From contig CM119265.1 of the NCBI GenBank assembly GCA_051294375.1, forward strand, positions 12,826,124 through 12,890,123: a DNA stretch of 64,000 nt, read 5' to 3'. Every line of letters starts with the position of its first letter. Position 1 is the first letter of the stretch. Positions 15,190 to 26,379 of the stretch are shown in pieces. The stretch is from Paraspadella gotoi (taxonomy: Eukaryota; Animalia; Chaetognatha). Position numbers and translations under genes: made by a program. The notes beneath the pieces were generated by a model, which was not told the DNA's origin, did not search any database, and saw only the letters and a program-made list of their open reading frames with translations.

Positions 15190-15366
15190 CATCTCATCCT
15201 CTACTTCCTCTTCTCTCTCATCTCTCTCTAAGTTGAGCTTCAATGACACTTTTTTTTGGGAAATTCTGGAGCGATTAAAGTTGCATACCGATCGTGAATC
15301 CGAAGAGCGTGATAAATACTGGGAGAGAAGGAGGAAAAAGAGAAGAGAAGAGAGCACGAAGAGAGA

Positions 15367-15412
<46 letters not shown>

Positions 15413-15741
15413 CAGAGAGATGAGAGCAGAGAGGAGAGAGAGAGAGGCCTTTCTAGCTTCGAATCCGGCTCCTAAGCCTTTTGCGCGGACTCTCGGAGGG
15501 AGAAAGTGATTTAGAATCCAATCCTCCGGGAATTGAGATTAGAAAGATGGACTGACTGACTGCCTTTGTTGTCGTTGTCGCGCGTCGCTAATGTATTCGT
15601 AGACATGGTAGACAGTAGCTCTTTGCCGGGAATTGCGATTAACAATTACCTATCTACAACTTTTCAATAACTAGTGACAATCTCATTCGATGGATCAAGT
15701 CATGCTCATCACGTCATAACCGAAGCTCTCAAGCTCTATCT

Positions 15742-15785
<44 letters not shown>

Positions 15786-16692
15786 GCTCTCTCTCGGTCA
15801 AAGGTCATCGTCGTGATCATTCACCCGCATAAATGTCGACTTCTTTTCCATCGTTATCGCCGGCCTCTTCGTCTTCGTCGTCGGTCTTCGTCTCGTCTTT
15901 GTCGCCGCCATATTTTTCCGCCGTCGCCAGGGATTTTCGTCCTCTTGTTGTTTTCAATGACGTCGTCGTCGTCGTCGGTCGTCGTCATCATTGTCCAAAA
16001 CGACTTTTCCCCATCTTGCTCATTGATCTGCTTTGACTTCCTCGTCGTTGTCATCTTCTTTACTTCAAAGCGACTCTTTTTTGACGTTCGTTATCATCAC
16101 TGTCTCCTTTCAAACGTGACAATCTTGAAAATTAAATTACCACTTGGACAAATCTTTTTTTCACATTTATTTTGTGTACTTGAGTTCCAGGATTTTGTAA
16201 GTATATTGTTGTTCATATTACTCCAATATTACCCAAAGCTTCATCATCGTCATCGTCGTCGTCGTCATCGTCGTCGTTTCAATCGCAGGAAAGTCGACGA
16301 CGACGAAGAAACCAACGCGAAGGAAATCCCTGGCTTTGCTTCCACCCTCCTGGGGAAAGAAGGAGGAGGAGGAGGAGGAGGAGGAAGAAGAAGAAGAAAG
16401 GAGGATGGAGGAAGAAGGTAGTGTCGTTTAGAGAAATGAATGCTCGGAGGTTGTTATCTTAGACGTCGAGTTGACAATCACTACAAATGAGACGACCAGG
16501 GAGATCGAGAGAAGACGGGAAGAGGAGGAGAGGAGGGGGAGGAGGAGGAGGAGGAGGTGAGGTGGAGAAAGAGGGAAAGAGAGGGAGAGAGCGATACAGC
16601 TGGAACACGAAAATGAATCCGCGTTTCATTGTCTCGAGAAATCTCCCTTCTTTCGTCTTCGATGGAGACTTTGTGGGAGAAAGGGAGGGAAG

Positions 16693-16725
<33 letters not shown>

Positions 16726-17108
16726 AGAGAGAGAGAGGAGAGAGAGAGGAGAGAGAGAGAGAGAGAGGAGAGACGAGAGAGAGAGACGAGAGAGAGAAGG
16801 AGAGATGAAGAGATGAGACGGAGAGAGAGAGAGAGAGAGAAGAAACGGCAAGAAGGAAAGTAAGTTTGCACTTTCCTCCTTCCTTCCGGGAAGGAAAAAA
16901 AATATCAGCTTCTGAAGAATTTTTTTTTTTTTTTAGTTTAATCTCATAGTACATTTTTTTTCGCGGGGAAAGAAAAACGAAGATGAGGGCAGAATATTTA
17001 TGAAGGTTCGCAGTTTTTTTTCTTTTCTTTCTTTTCTTTTTTCTTTTTTTAATTTTTTTATCGAAACGAATTAAAACGATGACATCGACGAACGTAATTT
17101 GGAAGGAA

Positions 17109-17145
<37 letters not shown>

Positions 17146-17784
17146 TTGATGACGACGATGACGTAAATGGGATCCAGGACGTTGACGCAGATGATTGGAA
17201 AGAAGCCTATGATGAAAACGACGACGCCGACCGCAAATATCGTCGACAAGGTTGTCCCCGCTGTCGATAACAACGGAGATAATAGTATTGGCAATATAAA
17301 GCGACGACGACGATAGGGATGACGACGACGACGACGATAAGGATGACGACGACGTTAAGGATGACGACGACGATTAGAGTCGTTGACTTTTTTTTTTACG
17401 ATGGACTTTTCGACTCGTTCTTTTCGCTGCCGAGGACGATGAGGAAAATGAGAAGCGGACAAAAGGGTAAGGAAATGAGATGGAGAAAAGGTAAGGAGAA
17501 GGAAAAGGAATGGATAAGATAAAGAATAAAGGTAAGGAAAAGAAAAGGAAAGGCTAAAGTAAAGGAAAAGGAAAATGAAAAGGGAAAGGAAGTGAGGGTA
17601 ATAACAAGAGAAGAAAGAAAAAAAATTATGACTGGACTGAAGGAAGAAAGAATAAAAAAAACGAGAAATGTAATAAAAATAGTGGAGTAAAAAAGAGAGA
17701 AATGACGAATGAAGAAGATGACGATGAAGACGACAGAGGGCGACGACGACAGAGGGCGACGACGACGACGACGACGACGACGAC

Positions 17785-17830
<46 letters not shown>

Positions 17831-18253
17831 CGACCAGCGATCGGACTTTACGATCCCGACGACGTTCGCGTCGACTTGGTTATCATCTGAAAAAAAAATT
17901 GCAGAAATAAAATTATGAACGGTTTTTTTTTTCTCTTTTAAATCGGTTATATGTGGGAATTAAGAGGAAAATTTTTTTTAAAAAACATCTTTAAAAAGTA
18001 AAACAATTGACGTTTGTTCAAGTTCCTAGTTTTAAGAGCGTACTATTTCCCCATTCTGTTCGTGTTTCCTCCTCAAGCCGAGATCCAATTTTTAATCCCC
18101 TTCCAAAATGGCCGCCCCATTTGTTTGGGTTTTTCTACTTCGTGGCACAAGTTTGCGGGATAGAGTGGAGCTTTGTTCGGCCGAATGCCAGGACGTGAAA
18201 TCCTCAGGAAAAGTATTCCAAACCAGCACTGCCCGTCACCGAATCAGACTCCA
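13577..18253. repeat. Segmental duplicate copy B
   Basis: Starts immediately after the N gap with the same sequence as 7918. The left part is indel-noisy; the right part appears clean and continues into unique sequence after 'gaatcagactccat'. Confidence 0.9.
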
Positions 18254-18517
18254 TCCGCACTGGACCAGTGGACCAGATACCATCTGCGCCGGATCATTTC
18301 CCATCTCCAAATGACCAGAACCAATCCGCATCGCGCATTAGTTGCCATCCATTTTCGTCCGAGATTCGAGAAATTTACGACGTCCCCGAGGATGTCAGCG
18401 ATGACGACGACGAAGACGACGACGACGATGTCAGTCTATAACTCTGTCATTCACCGCCTCCGTCTCTCGCTCCAAACTCTGAAACCTCAACTTCCCCGAC
18501 TCATTCACAATTTCACA

Positions 18518-18670
18518 TCTAACCAGCGTCAAGTCAACAGTCTCTCTGTCTTCCCCATATATAGCCTCCCTCTCTATTTATCAATCTATCTATCTCTCTA
18601 TCTTTCTAACCAGCGTCAAGTCAACAGTCTCTCTGTCTTCCCCACATATCGCCTCCCTCTCTATCTTTCT
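18518..18670. repeat. Short direct duplication (~60 bp unit, ~87 bp period)
   Basis: 'tctaaccagcgtcaagtcaacagtctctctgtcttcccca...gcctccctctctat' occurs twice. Confidence 0.9.
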
Positions 18671-20715
18671 CCCCCACCACCACAACACAACCCACCCCTC
18701 GCCCTCTTATGCCGCCCCATCTGGATTCTCGCCCTCCGCGTTTATGAGGTAATGTTTATGACCGCACGTGCGTCTCGAATACTCGCTCGGTCGCAACGTG
18801 TCCGGCGGTGCTGCACCCAAAACTCCCGCGCGGAAAAAAACACGCAAAGTGAGAGTTCCGAGGACCTGAAGACCCCCACTCTCTTTCACCCGACCAAGGT
18901 CCCGCCCCTCCTTTTTTTTAAAAACGGAATCGCCCTACGAACCCTGTTTCTTTCGCCTCGAAACGACTTCAGATTCCCCCCCCCCTTTTCTCTTCCCCTT
19001 CGGCGGGGGGGAGGAGGGAGGGTGGAAAGAAAAAACGAGGACGCGCTCCTGAGGGCCAACGTTTTTAAGACGGAGGCGCGTGAGGCCTTTGAAAGGAGAT
19101 GGAAGGAGTGAGAGAAAGTAAGAGAGAAAAAAGAAAGAATGTAAGAGAGAAAGAAGGAAAGAAACTGAAACACAAACAAACAAAAAAAGCAAGCAAACAA
19201 GAAAAAAAAACATACAAAAAACCAAACAAACTACAAACAAACTATGAAATAGAAATTTCAAAAACCATTGCGAAAAGAATAAAATGTCCTACTTTCAATA
19301 CATTCACTCATATCATTTTTTTCTTCTGATCACTCAAAGATAAACTATACGTTAGTGGCAGCATTAACATTTGGTAAATGCGGCGAAGCATTTAGAGAAT
19401 CAGCTGGGGAAGTGTGATGCGGTTGATACTTAACGGGACTAAACTGTATTGCGCTTCGATATTTCATTTTGGGCGACTAAAATCTGCGTAAATCTTTTTT
19501 TTTTTTTTTTAAATTAAAAAAAAATAAGAATTCAAAAAATAACGGCAAAGGAAAATTAAAAGAAAGAAAAGAAAATGATCAGCGTGTGGACGGAACAAAT
19601 GTGAGAGTAAGAATGATTTATTCTTCCCAAGTAAATATAACGATAACAGTAAAAAGGTTCAGATGCTAAGTCTATAACAATGGTATTTACAAGGTCAGGT
19701 TTGACTATAAAGGAACTGGGGAAAACAATCGAGGGTAAGGTTAAAAGGTCAATGGTTTGACCGAGGTTGCATGTTGTGGTTGTTCGTCCACAAGCGTCGA
19801 TTAAAAGAAACTAACGAAAAAGTAAAAAAGTAAAGGAATAAAGGACAAAGTAAAAGATATCCAAAAAAATTACTCAATCTTCAGAGGGAAAGGAAAGACA
19901 AAACCGATAAGCAAAGTCAGTTGGACCTTTTGTTTGAGACCGTTGACCACCGATAGGAAAGTCTTTCGACGTCGAGCGAAAGATGGAGCTTCTTTCGTTG
20001 ATTCTCGTGGATATGGTGGAATAGCATGAGTGGTAGGAAAAGGATGGAGTGAGAAACGTGGACGAAGATGATGTGGATTGTGGAAGACGATGAAATTTAA
20101 AATGATCGAGTTAATGTGAGACTCGGAATTGTTGGAGGAAGGCAGAGTCTGCGGCGAAACACCTGCGGTTCTCGCTCGGTGTACCTTCATATCTGGCCAC
20201 TGACTTTCCTTCCATTCATCCCTGAATATTCTTTCATTTCATCGCCTTTCGATTCATCTTTTTATCTAACAAACTTGAATGCGGGTTTTTTTTTCTTTTT
20301 TTTATATCTGTTTTTAATTATTCATAGCTTTTTTATTTTTTGTTATTTTTTGTACCTTGTTTTTAACTCTTTATTTCATGCTCACCCTTCATCTGCTCTC
20401 CTTGCTTTTTTTTTCTTTCTTTATGTATCTGTTTCCACTTGCAGTATTCTTGCAGTCGCTTTCAACGTAGAATCCCTACGCTGGCTATAATCTTATCTTA
20501 TGATTTATATTTTCTGGATACGCATCTCCTTTTCCACATTTCATAGTTTAATCTTTCTTCCTCCATTCCTTCTCCATTTCTACTCTCTTACCATCAGTTT
20601 CCCTTTCCACTTTTTCAATATCGGTTCCTCGTTTCATCGCAGTGACGCGATAAATTTTGCTTTAATGGCATTTCGCCGACGAAGTTCTATAAAAAAGAGA
20701 ATGAGAGAAGGAGAG

Positions 20716-20808
<93 letters not shown>

Positions 20809-22654
20809 TACGCGATAACGCGACTCCCGACCAAAGTCGATGCGAGTCCGCGTGATTTCACGCGACTCCGCTAGATGTCACCAAACGACTAGTATCAATT
20901 AATCGTGAGCCGAGAATTCACAGCCCCGCGTCACGACGCCACGCACAAGATCCTTCCACGTGGCACGCCGCCAGACGAGATAAAAAAAGAAGAAGCGATT
21001 CGACGTTTGTTTTGTTGACTGCCGTCGATTGCGCGATGAAGAGAAAACAATTGTTTCGGTTTTGACGACGAAAAAGATTTGAATCGAGTCGTTGCAGAAA
21101 GGCGCCATTCATCGACAACGACGACGTTTGTGATGACGACGACAACGACGACGACTCAAACGATTAAGATGTCTACCGGCCGTGAAGTGACTCAAGATTT
21201 ACGACATTTGATATTTTTAAGCGTAAAAGACCCACTGGGACTCAGTAAATTTCAAATTTTACAAAAAGAGAATTCGTTAAAAATGATTGATAACGGAGCC
21301 AGAAAGAGAGAGAAATCGGAAAAGCACAATTTGCCACATTTTTTCATTAGGTCTGAATTCGAATGAGATTTTTTCTTGCGTCCCTAAAAATTGTTTATAT
21401 ATTCATGAATAATAGTTTTATATTTCGTAGACAATTTCGGGTCTCCCAAGAAATAAAGTTACCAACACCAAGTTCACATTCAAAGAAAACGACGATCGTA
21501 TAAACACGAAAACTTCTCTCACTTTCACGTGCCTTGCGATCACGCGATGACATTGATGGATGAGGCCATGGATTCGGCAGCGATGCTGACGCCGACGACG
21601 ACGCCGACGACGCCGACGACGACGACGACGCCGACGACGACGACGACGATGAAAAAAGAACAGGAATCACCAAGGAAAGCCTCAGTGGTCGCCCGCGGGG
21701 GGGGGGGGTTTGAGGGTAAGTCGGGTGAGGCGAATCGTGAGCTATGAGCGATCGGGTGAGTCTTGGTGAAAATGATGTACGTGGCGACGGCAGAAGCTGC
21801 AGCAGAAGCCGCGGCAGAAAAAGGCGGCGACGCGGGCGGCAGCAGCGACGCCGGAATCGCGGGTCGAGAGGGATTTTTAAGCATCGACTCCGTCACATCG
21901 CTTTTGAAGGGAAAGTTGGGACGAAGGCGACCACCTCTTTTTGCCTCCTTTCCGACTCTGTCTCTATCTCAATCAAATACTCTCTTCCACTTGTCTCTTG
22001 TTTTTCCCCCTCCTCTCCTGTTATTCCCCTCCAACCTCCTCCCTCCAGCCCTTCTCTTTTCTCCCCCGCCTCCGCCTCCTCTTCCTCCTGCCGCTGACCG
22101 CCACTAACGCCCCCGCCCCCACTGTCTTCTACTCTTTTTTTGACCGGGACCCGACGACGCCACGCGAAGGACCGGAAGTAAACGCCGATCCAGGCCAACT
22201 AATATGAGGGTGAATGAAGCGCGAAGAAAGAAAGGGGAGGAAGGAGAGGAAGGAAAGAAAGGAAGGAATGAAGGAAAGGAAAGAAGGAAGGAAGGAAAGG
22301 AAGGAAGAAAGGAGGGAAGGAAAGGAAAGGAAGGAAAGAGAGAAGGAAGGAAGGAACAGAGGATAAAAAAGAAGAAAGAAAAAGTAAACCAAAGAGAAAA
22401 ATGTGAATTAAGGAATAAAACAAGGAATGAAGAAAGGAGACCTTTAAAAAATGATACAGAAAGCAATCTATAATTGTATCAAGTCCATAATTGCAATAAA
22501 CGAAATGAATTTTTTTTTTTCGAGCGATGAATAAACAAATAAATGATGAATGTAACGAAACAACTGAAGATGAGTTGGAAAAAAAAGAAGAGAAAAGAAA
22601 TGAAAAGTGAAGGAATCCCTTGGCACAATCCATCAAAACGGTGTCGTGACCCGA

Positions 22655-22825
22655 AACATCACGTGACTTCACCACGTGCGTCTCACGCGGAGGTGAACAA
22701 CGAAAACTCCCCATTCCAGTCCCCACCCAATGAAAACCTCTCACCCTTCACGAATGAGCCCCCTTCCCCCTCGCATTGGAATTTTCGGTTACCTAGCAAC
22801 GTCGATGAAAAGAAAATGGCGGCCG
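22655..22825. promoter_or_regulatory. Promoter/enhancer-like module: E-boxes, X-box, YY1/Pho site
   Basis: TCACGTGAC and CCACGTGC (~22659-22680), GTTACCTAGCAAC (22788-22800), AAAATGGCGGCC (22813-22824). Confidence 0.5.
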
Positions 22826-23244
22826 CGGTTATTCAAAAAAAAAGAAAGGGATCTTTTTTTTTTTGCCTTCGACCTGGAAAAGCGAGAAGGAGGAGTCAAT
22901 AGGAGGAGGAGGAAGAGGAGGAGGAGGAGGAGGAAAAGGAGGGATGAGGAAGAAGGGTGGTGATGCGTAATTGTGGGAGTAGAGGCAGGGAAGGATCCTG
23001 GCTGAGGTCATTTGGCGAGTGAGGAAAAACCCATGAATTAAATCCAGTTGTTGGAAATTCCAGTCCGTTGCAGTGCTGGCGCCGTGGATCCATTTTAGTC
23101 TCACGTGCTTACAAAAATCCGTAGCAATAATTCAGCTTATAATGATTTTTGTGGGATTTTTGTCGGTCCTCGTTTAATTGGAGGCTTCGTGATCTATCAA
23201 CGTTCAATACTCTCTGAGTTGCCTTCAGTGAATTTTGTGGTTCT

Positions 23245-23422
23245 TTCAGTGCTCCATAGAGTGCCTTCAGTGCTCCCTAGAGTGCCTTCAGTTCTCCCTA
23301 GAGTGCCTTCTGTGCTCCCTAGAGTGCCTTCAGTGCTCCCTAGAGTGCCTTCAGTGCTCCCTAGAGTGCCTTCAGTGCTCCCTAGAGTGCCTTCAGTGCT
23401 CCCTAGAGTGCCTTCAGTGCTC
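23245..23422. repeat. 21-bp minisatellite (GTGCCTTCAGTGCTCCCTAGA) x~8.5
   Basis: Near-perfect tandem units with no spacers; explains the VLPRVPS / STEGTLG / SLECLQC repeat ORFs. Confidence 0.95.
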
Positions 23423-24066
23423 TCACCGGTGCCACTGGTGCCGACGCGCCCCGTGCATGAATCTAAACAACATATTTTTTTTTCGCGCAGCATCACCTGC
23501 CATCGCCTTTTGTGGCGTCACGCCATCCGTTTCTTGATTGATTGGAGAAGGGGGCGGTGTGTTGCGCTGTAGTTGAATATAAATTAAGAAAACAACTACT
23601 ATTTTCAAACAAAAAAGTTTATTAGTCGCAAATTAAAACATTTGTATTTAGGAGATTAAGAAAGCCCAACGATGATTGCGCGTCCCAGTCTATCTTACTT
23701 TGGAGACAAACAAAACAATGTTACAAATATAATGGCTTTACTCTTTTAAATATTGGTAGTAAAATCTCCTATATTATATTAATATAGAATAAAACCCTTA
23801 AATAGGTTAAGGCCGAACCGACGGAGCAACGAAGACCAGATGCGATTGGAAATCGAAACGGAATGAAAACAAACGAGGATTCTCCTGCGAAAAGCCTGAG
23901 GTTAAACAAAGGAACATCGCGAGTCGAAAGAAGCAAATCGGATCGGAAATAGAGTTGGAACCGATTCGACCGTAAAATGCCAAAAACAGGAATCAAACAT
24001 CGGAAAACAAAATCGATTTCCCCGCTGCGCTAATGAGGGGCGAGAAGTGAGCAAAACAGAAGGGGA

Positions 24067-24130
<64 letters not shown>

Positions 24131-26006
24131 AACCATTAATCATTAACCATTAATCATTTTCGATCATTCGGCGTCGCGAAAATAGTCCGTTTTTTAACAT
24201 TTCAAAATTTACACCTGAAACTGTTTTTATGCCTGCCATGCCGTTCCTTCTGCCCCGAGACTCCCAGTTATCTTGATCGTTTTCACATTTACCAGCCACG
24301 TTTTCATTAAAACCGCTTTTTTTTTCCAGAGCCATTCGTCGGAGGGAGTTTAAAGCGGATGCCTGGAAAGAGTATTTTAACTGGACTCGTAAATCAATTC
24401 TATCGCCGCGCCCTCCAGGCTGGATGCGGGGGAAGAGAAGGAGAAAGAGAGACGAGGTTATAGTTTGCAAATACTCCGTTTAACTTGTGAACAGAAAGAG
24501 AATTGTACAATCATTCGTAAAAACAAAGCTGAAGATTACATGTATCTCAAGGTAAGGTTAAGCAACGCAGCACGATTCGACAAATCTATTTACGGTAAGA
24601 ATGAAAAGAAATGAAAGTTAAAATAAATCCATAATAATATTTGCTTCACTCGCTCGAATTTTGATGTGATATCGATTAATCTCGAGAGACCTGTAAAAAA
24701 GCGAGCACGGTGAGGAAAATGGCGCAAAAAATATTTAAGAAGGAAGAAAGAAAGAAAACAATACAAAATAAATAAACTTTTAAAAAACCTAAAATGTTTT
24801 AACAGTTAGATAAGAGAAAATCAACGTAGAAAAAGTAGAAAAGATAAGGAAGGAATTTAGGGCTTCAAAAAAAAATTCCGCCATTTTTTTTTTCAACTTA
24901 TTCTTCCTTCTTCTACCTCATCCGCGCAAAGTTAAAAAATATCTTTGCATTTAAAAAAAAATAAAATTGTGAGTTTTCGAGAGGAATATTTTTGAGAGGT
25001 CGGAGGGAATATTCACGCGGAAAGAAGAAGAAAGAGGAGAGAATCGGGGGGGGGGGAATGACGAGAGAAAGAGGGGGAAGAGAAAAAGGGCAAATAAAAA
25101 GAAGGGGAAAAGAAAAGAAAGAAAACGGCGCCATAGGTGCTGCTGATTCTCGGACGAGTAGTGGGGTATGAAATACTACCAATACACTAGGAATATAAAA
25201 AAGAAAAGAAGAGAATAGTTTAAACAAAAAAAGAACAAAAGGAAAAGAAGGAAAGAAAAATGCGGGGGAGGAAGTGATATTTTTAAGTGAGAAGGAGGAA
25301 GAAGAGGAGGAAGAGAAAGAGGAGGAGGAGGAGGCCAAGTCGATCGTGAATTGAAATATGGAAATTTTCTCTGAGCAGAATGCACTTTTCCCATCGACCC
25401 TGCATTTTTTTCATTTTAAGAAAGGAAGGCGGAATTTTATTGTTATTATTATTATCATTTTTTTTTAGAGGAAAGGAGTAAACGCTTTTACTGTTATGGC
25501 GTTCCTTAAAAATATCAGCTAAATTCAAAGAAGATTTTTAAATCATCTTTATTTTTTTATTAAAATTTTTTTACGATAATCCGACTTGTAAAACCTTGTG
25601 ATGTGAGTGATATCTTTATCATGTCTTTTGTAAGTGACGCAACAGGCGAATCATGCTCTAGCCAGAAAAAGCGGATCCAGTCCACCAAAAAAACAAAAAC
25701 CAAAAAAAAAAAGTTCAGTTTGACCCAAAACTTTTGGCTGATAATTTTCTTTTCTAAGGTTCCGTGAATGCGGTCGGCGGCGAAGCGGCGTCCCTCGGCG
25801 TTGGTCTCCGCATTCCCCCGACGTCGCTCCTTTTCCCTCCCGGGCGCCGAGTCTTCCCTTAATTACTCGATGCTCCGGCGGCGACGACGTAATTCCGCCC
25901 CGAGATGAAAGCTTTATGAATTATGGGTCTCGTTTCCTCACTACGGCGAGAAAGAAAACCGCCAACGCTTGTTTGTTTAGAAAGACTCCGCCCGTCGGAT
26001 GAAACC

Positions 26007-26067
<61 letters not shown>

Positions 26068-26091
26068 CCATTAGAGACCGGTTTACCTCTG

Positions 26092-26105
26092 GTTTCCATG
26101 GCAAC
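26092..26105. promoter_or_regulatory. Canonical RFX X-box
   Basis: GTTTCCATGGCAAC, a 14-bp consensus match. Confidence 0.55.
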
Positions 26106-26305
26106 AAATTAACTTCAATGGAGTGCGAGGAAAAGAGGAACAATAGGAATCGAAATGGAAGGAGAGAAACTGGAACTAATCACTGATTCGTGATGTCAGC
26201 GGCGCGAGAGAGAGAGAGATAGAAAGAGAAACTTAAGCGAGACAAAACAGAGTCACGCAATCAATCACACCAGGATGGGAATAAAGGAGAAATGCGGGGA
26301 GAGAG

Positions 26306-26379
<74 letters not shown>

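Noticed and set aside
17058-17330. Acidic or hydrophobic mini-ORFs in the duplicated segment
   Set aside because: Driven by (GAC)n; no frame is favoured and no splice chain was found.
18173-19111. 312-aa ORF
   Set aside because: Non-ATG start, runs through a local duplication and low-complexity sequence, and has no recognisable motif.
21540-22107. Ala/Val/Ser-rich ORFs resembling a membrane protein
   Set aside because: The hydrophobic run derives from (GTC)n repeats, and several frames on both strands are open because of high GC.
23245-23422. CRISPR-like array or repeat protein
   Set aside because: Units are contiguous 21-mers without unique spacers, in a eukaryotic context with no cas genes; open frames on both strands follow from the 3n unit length.
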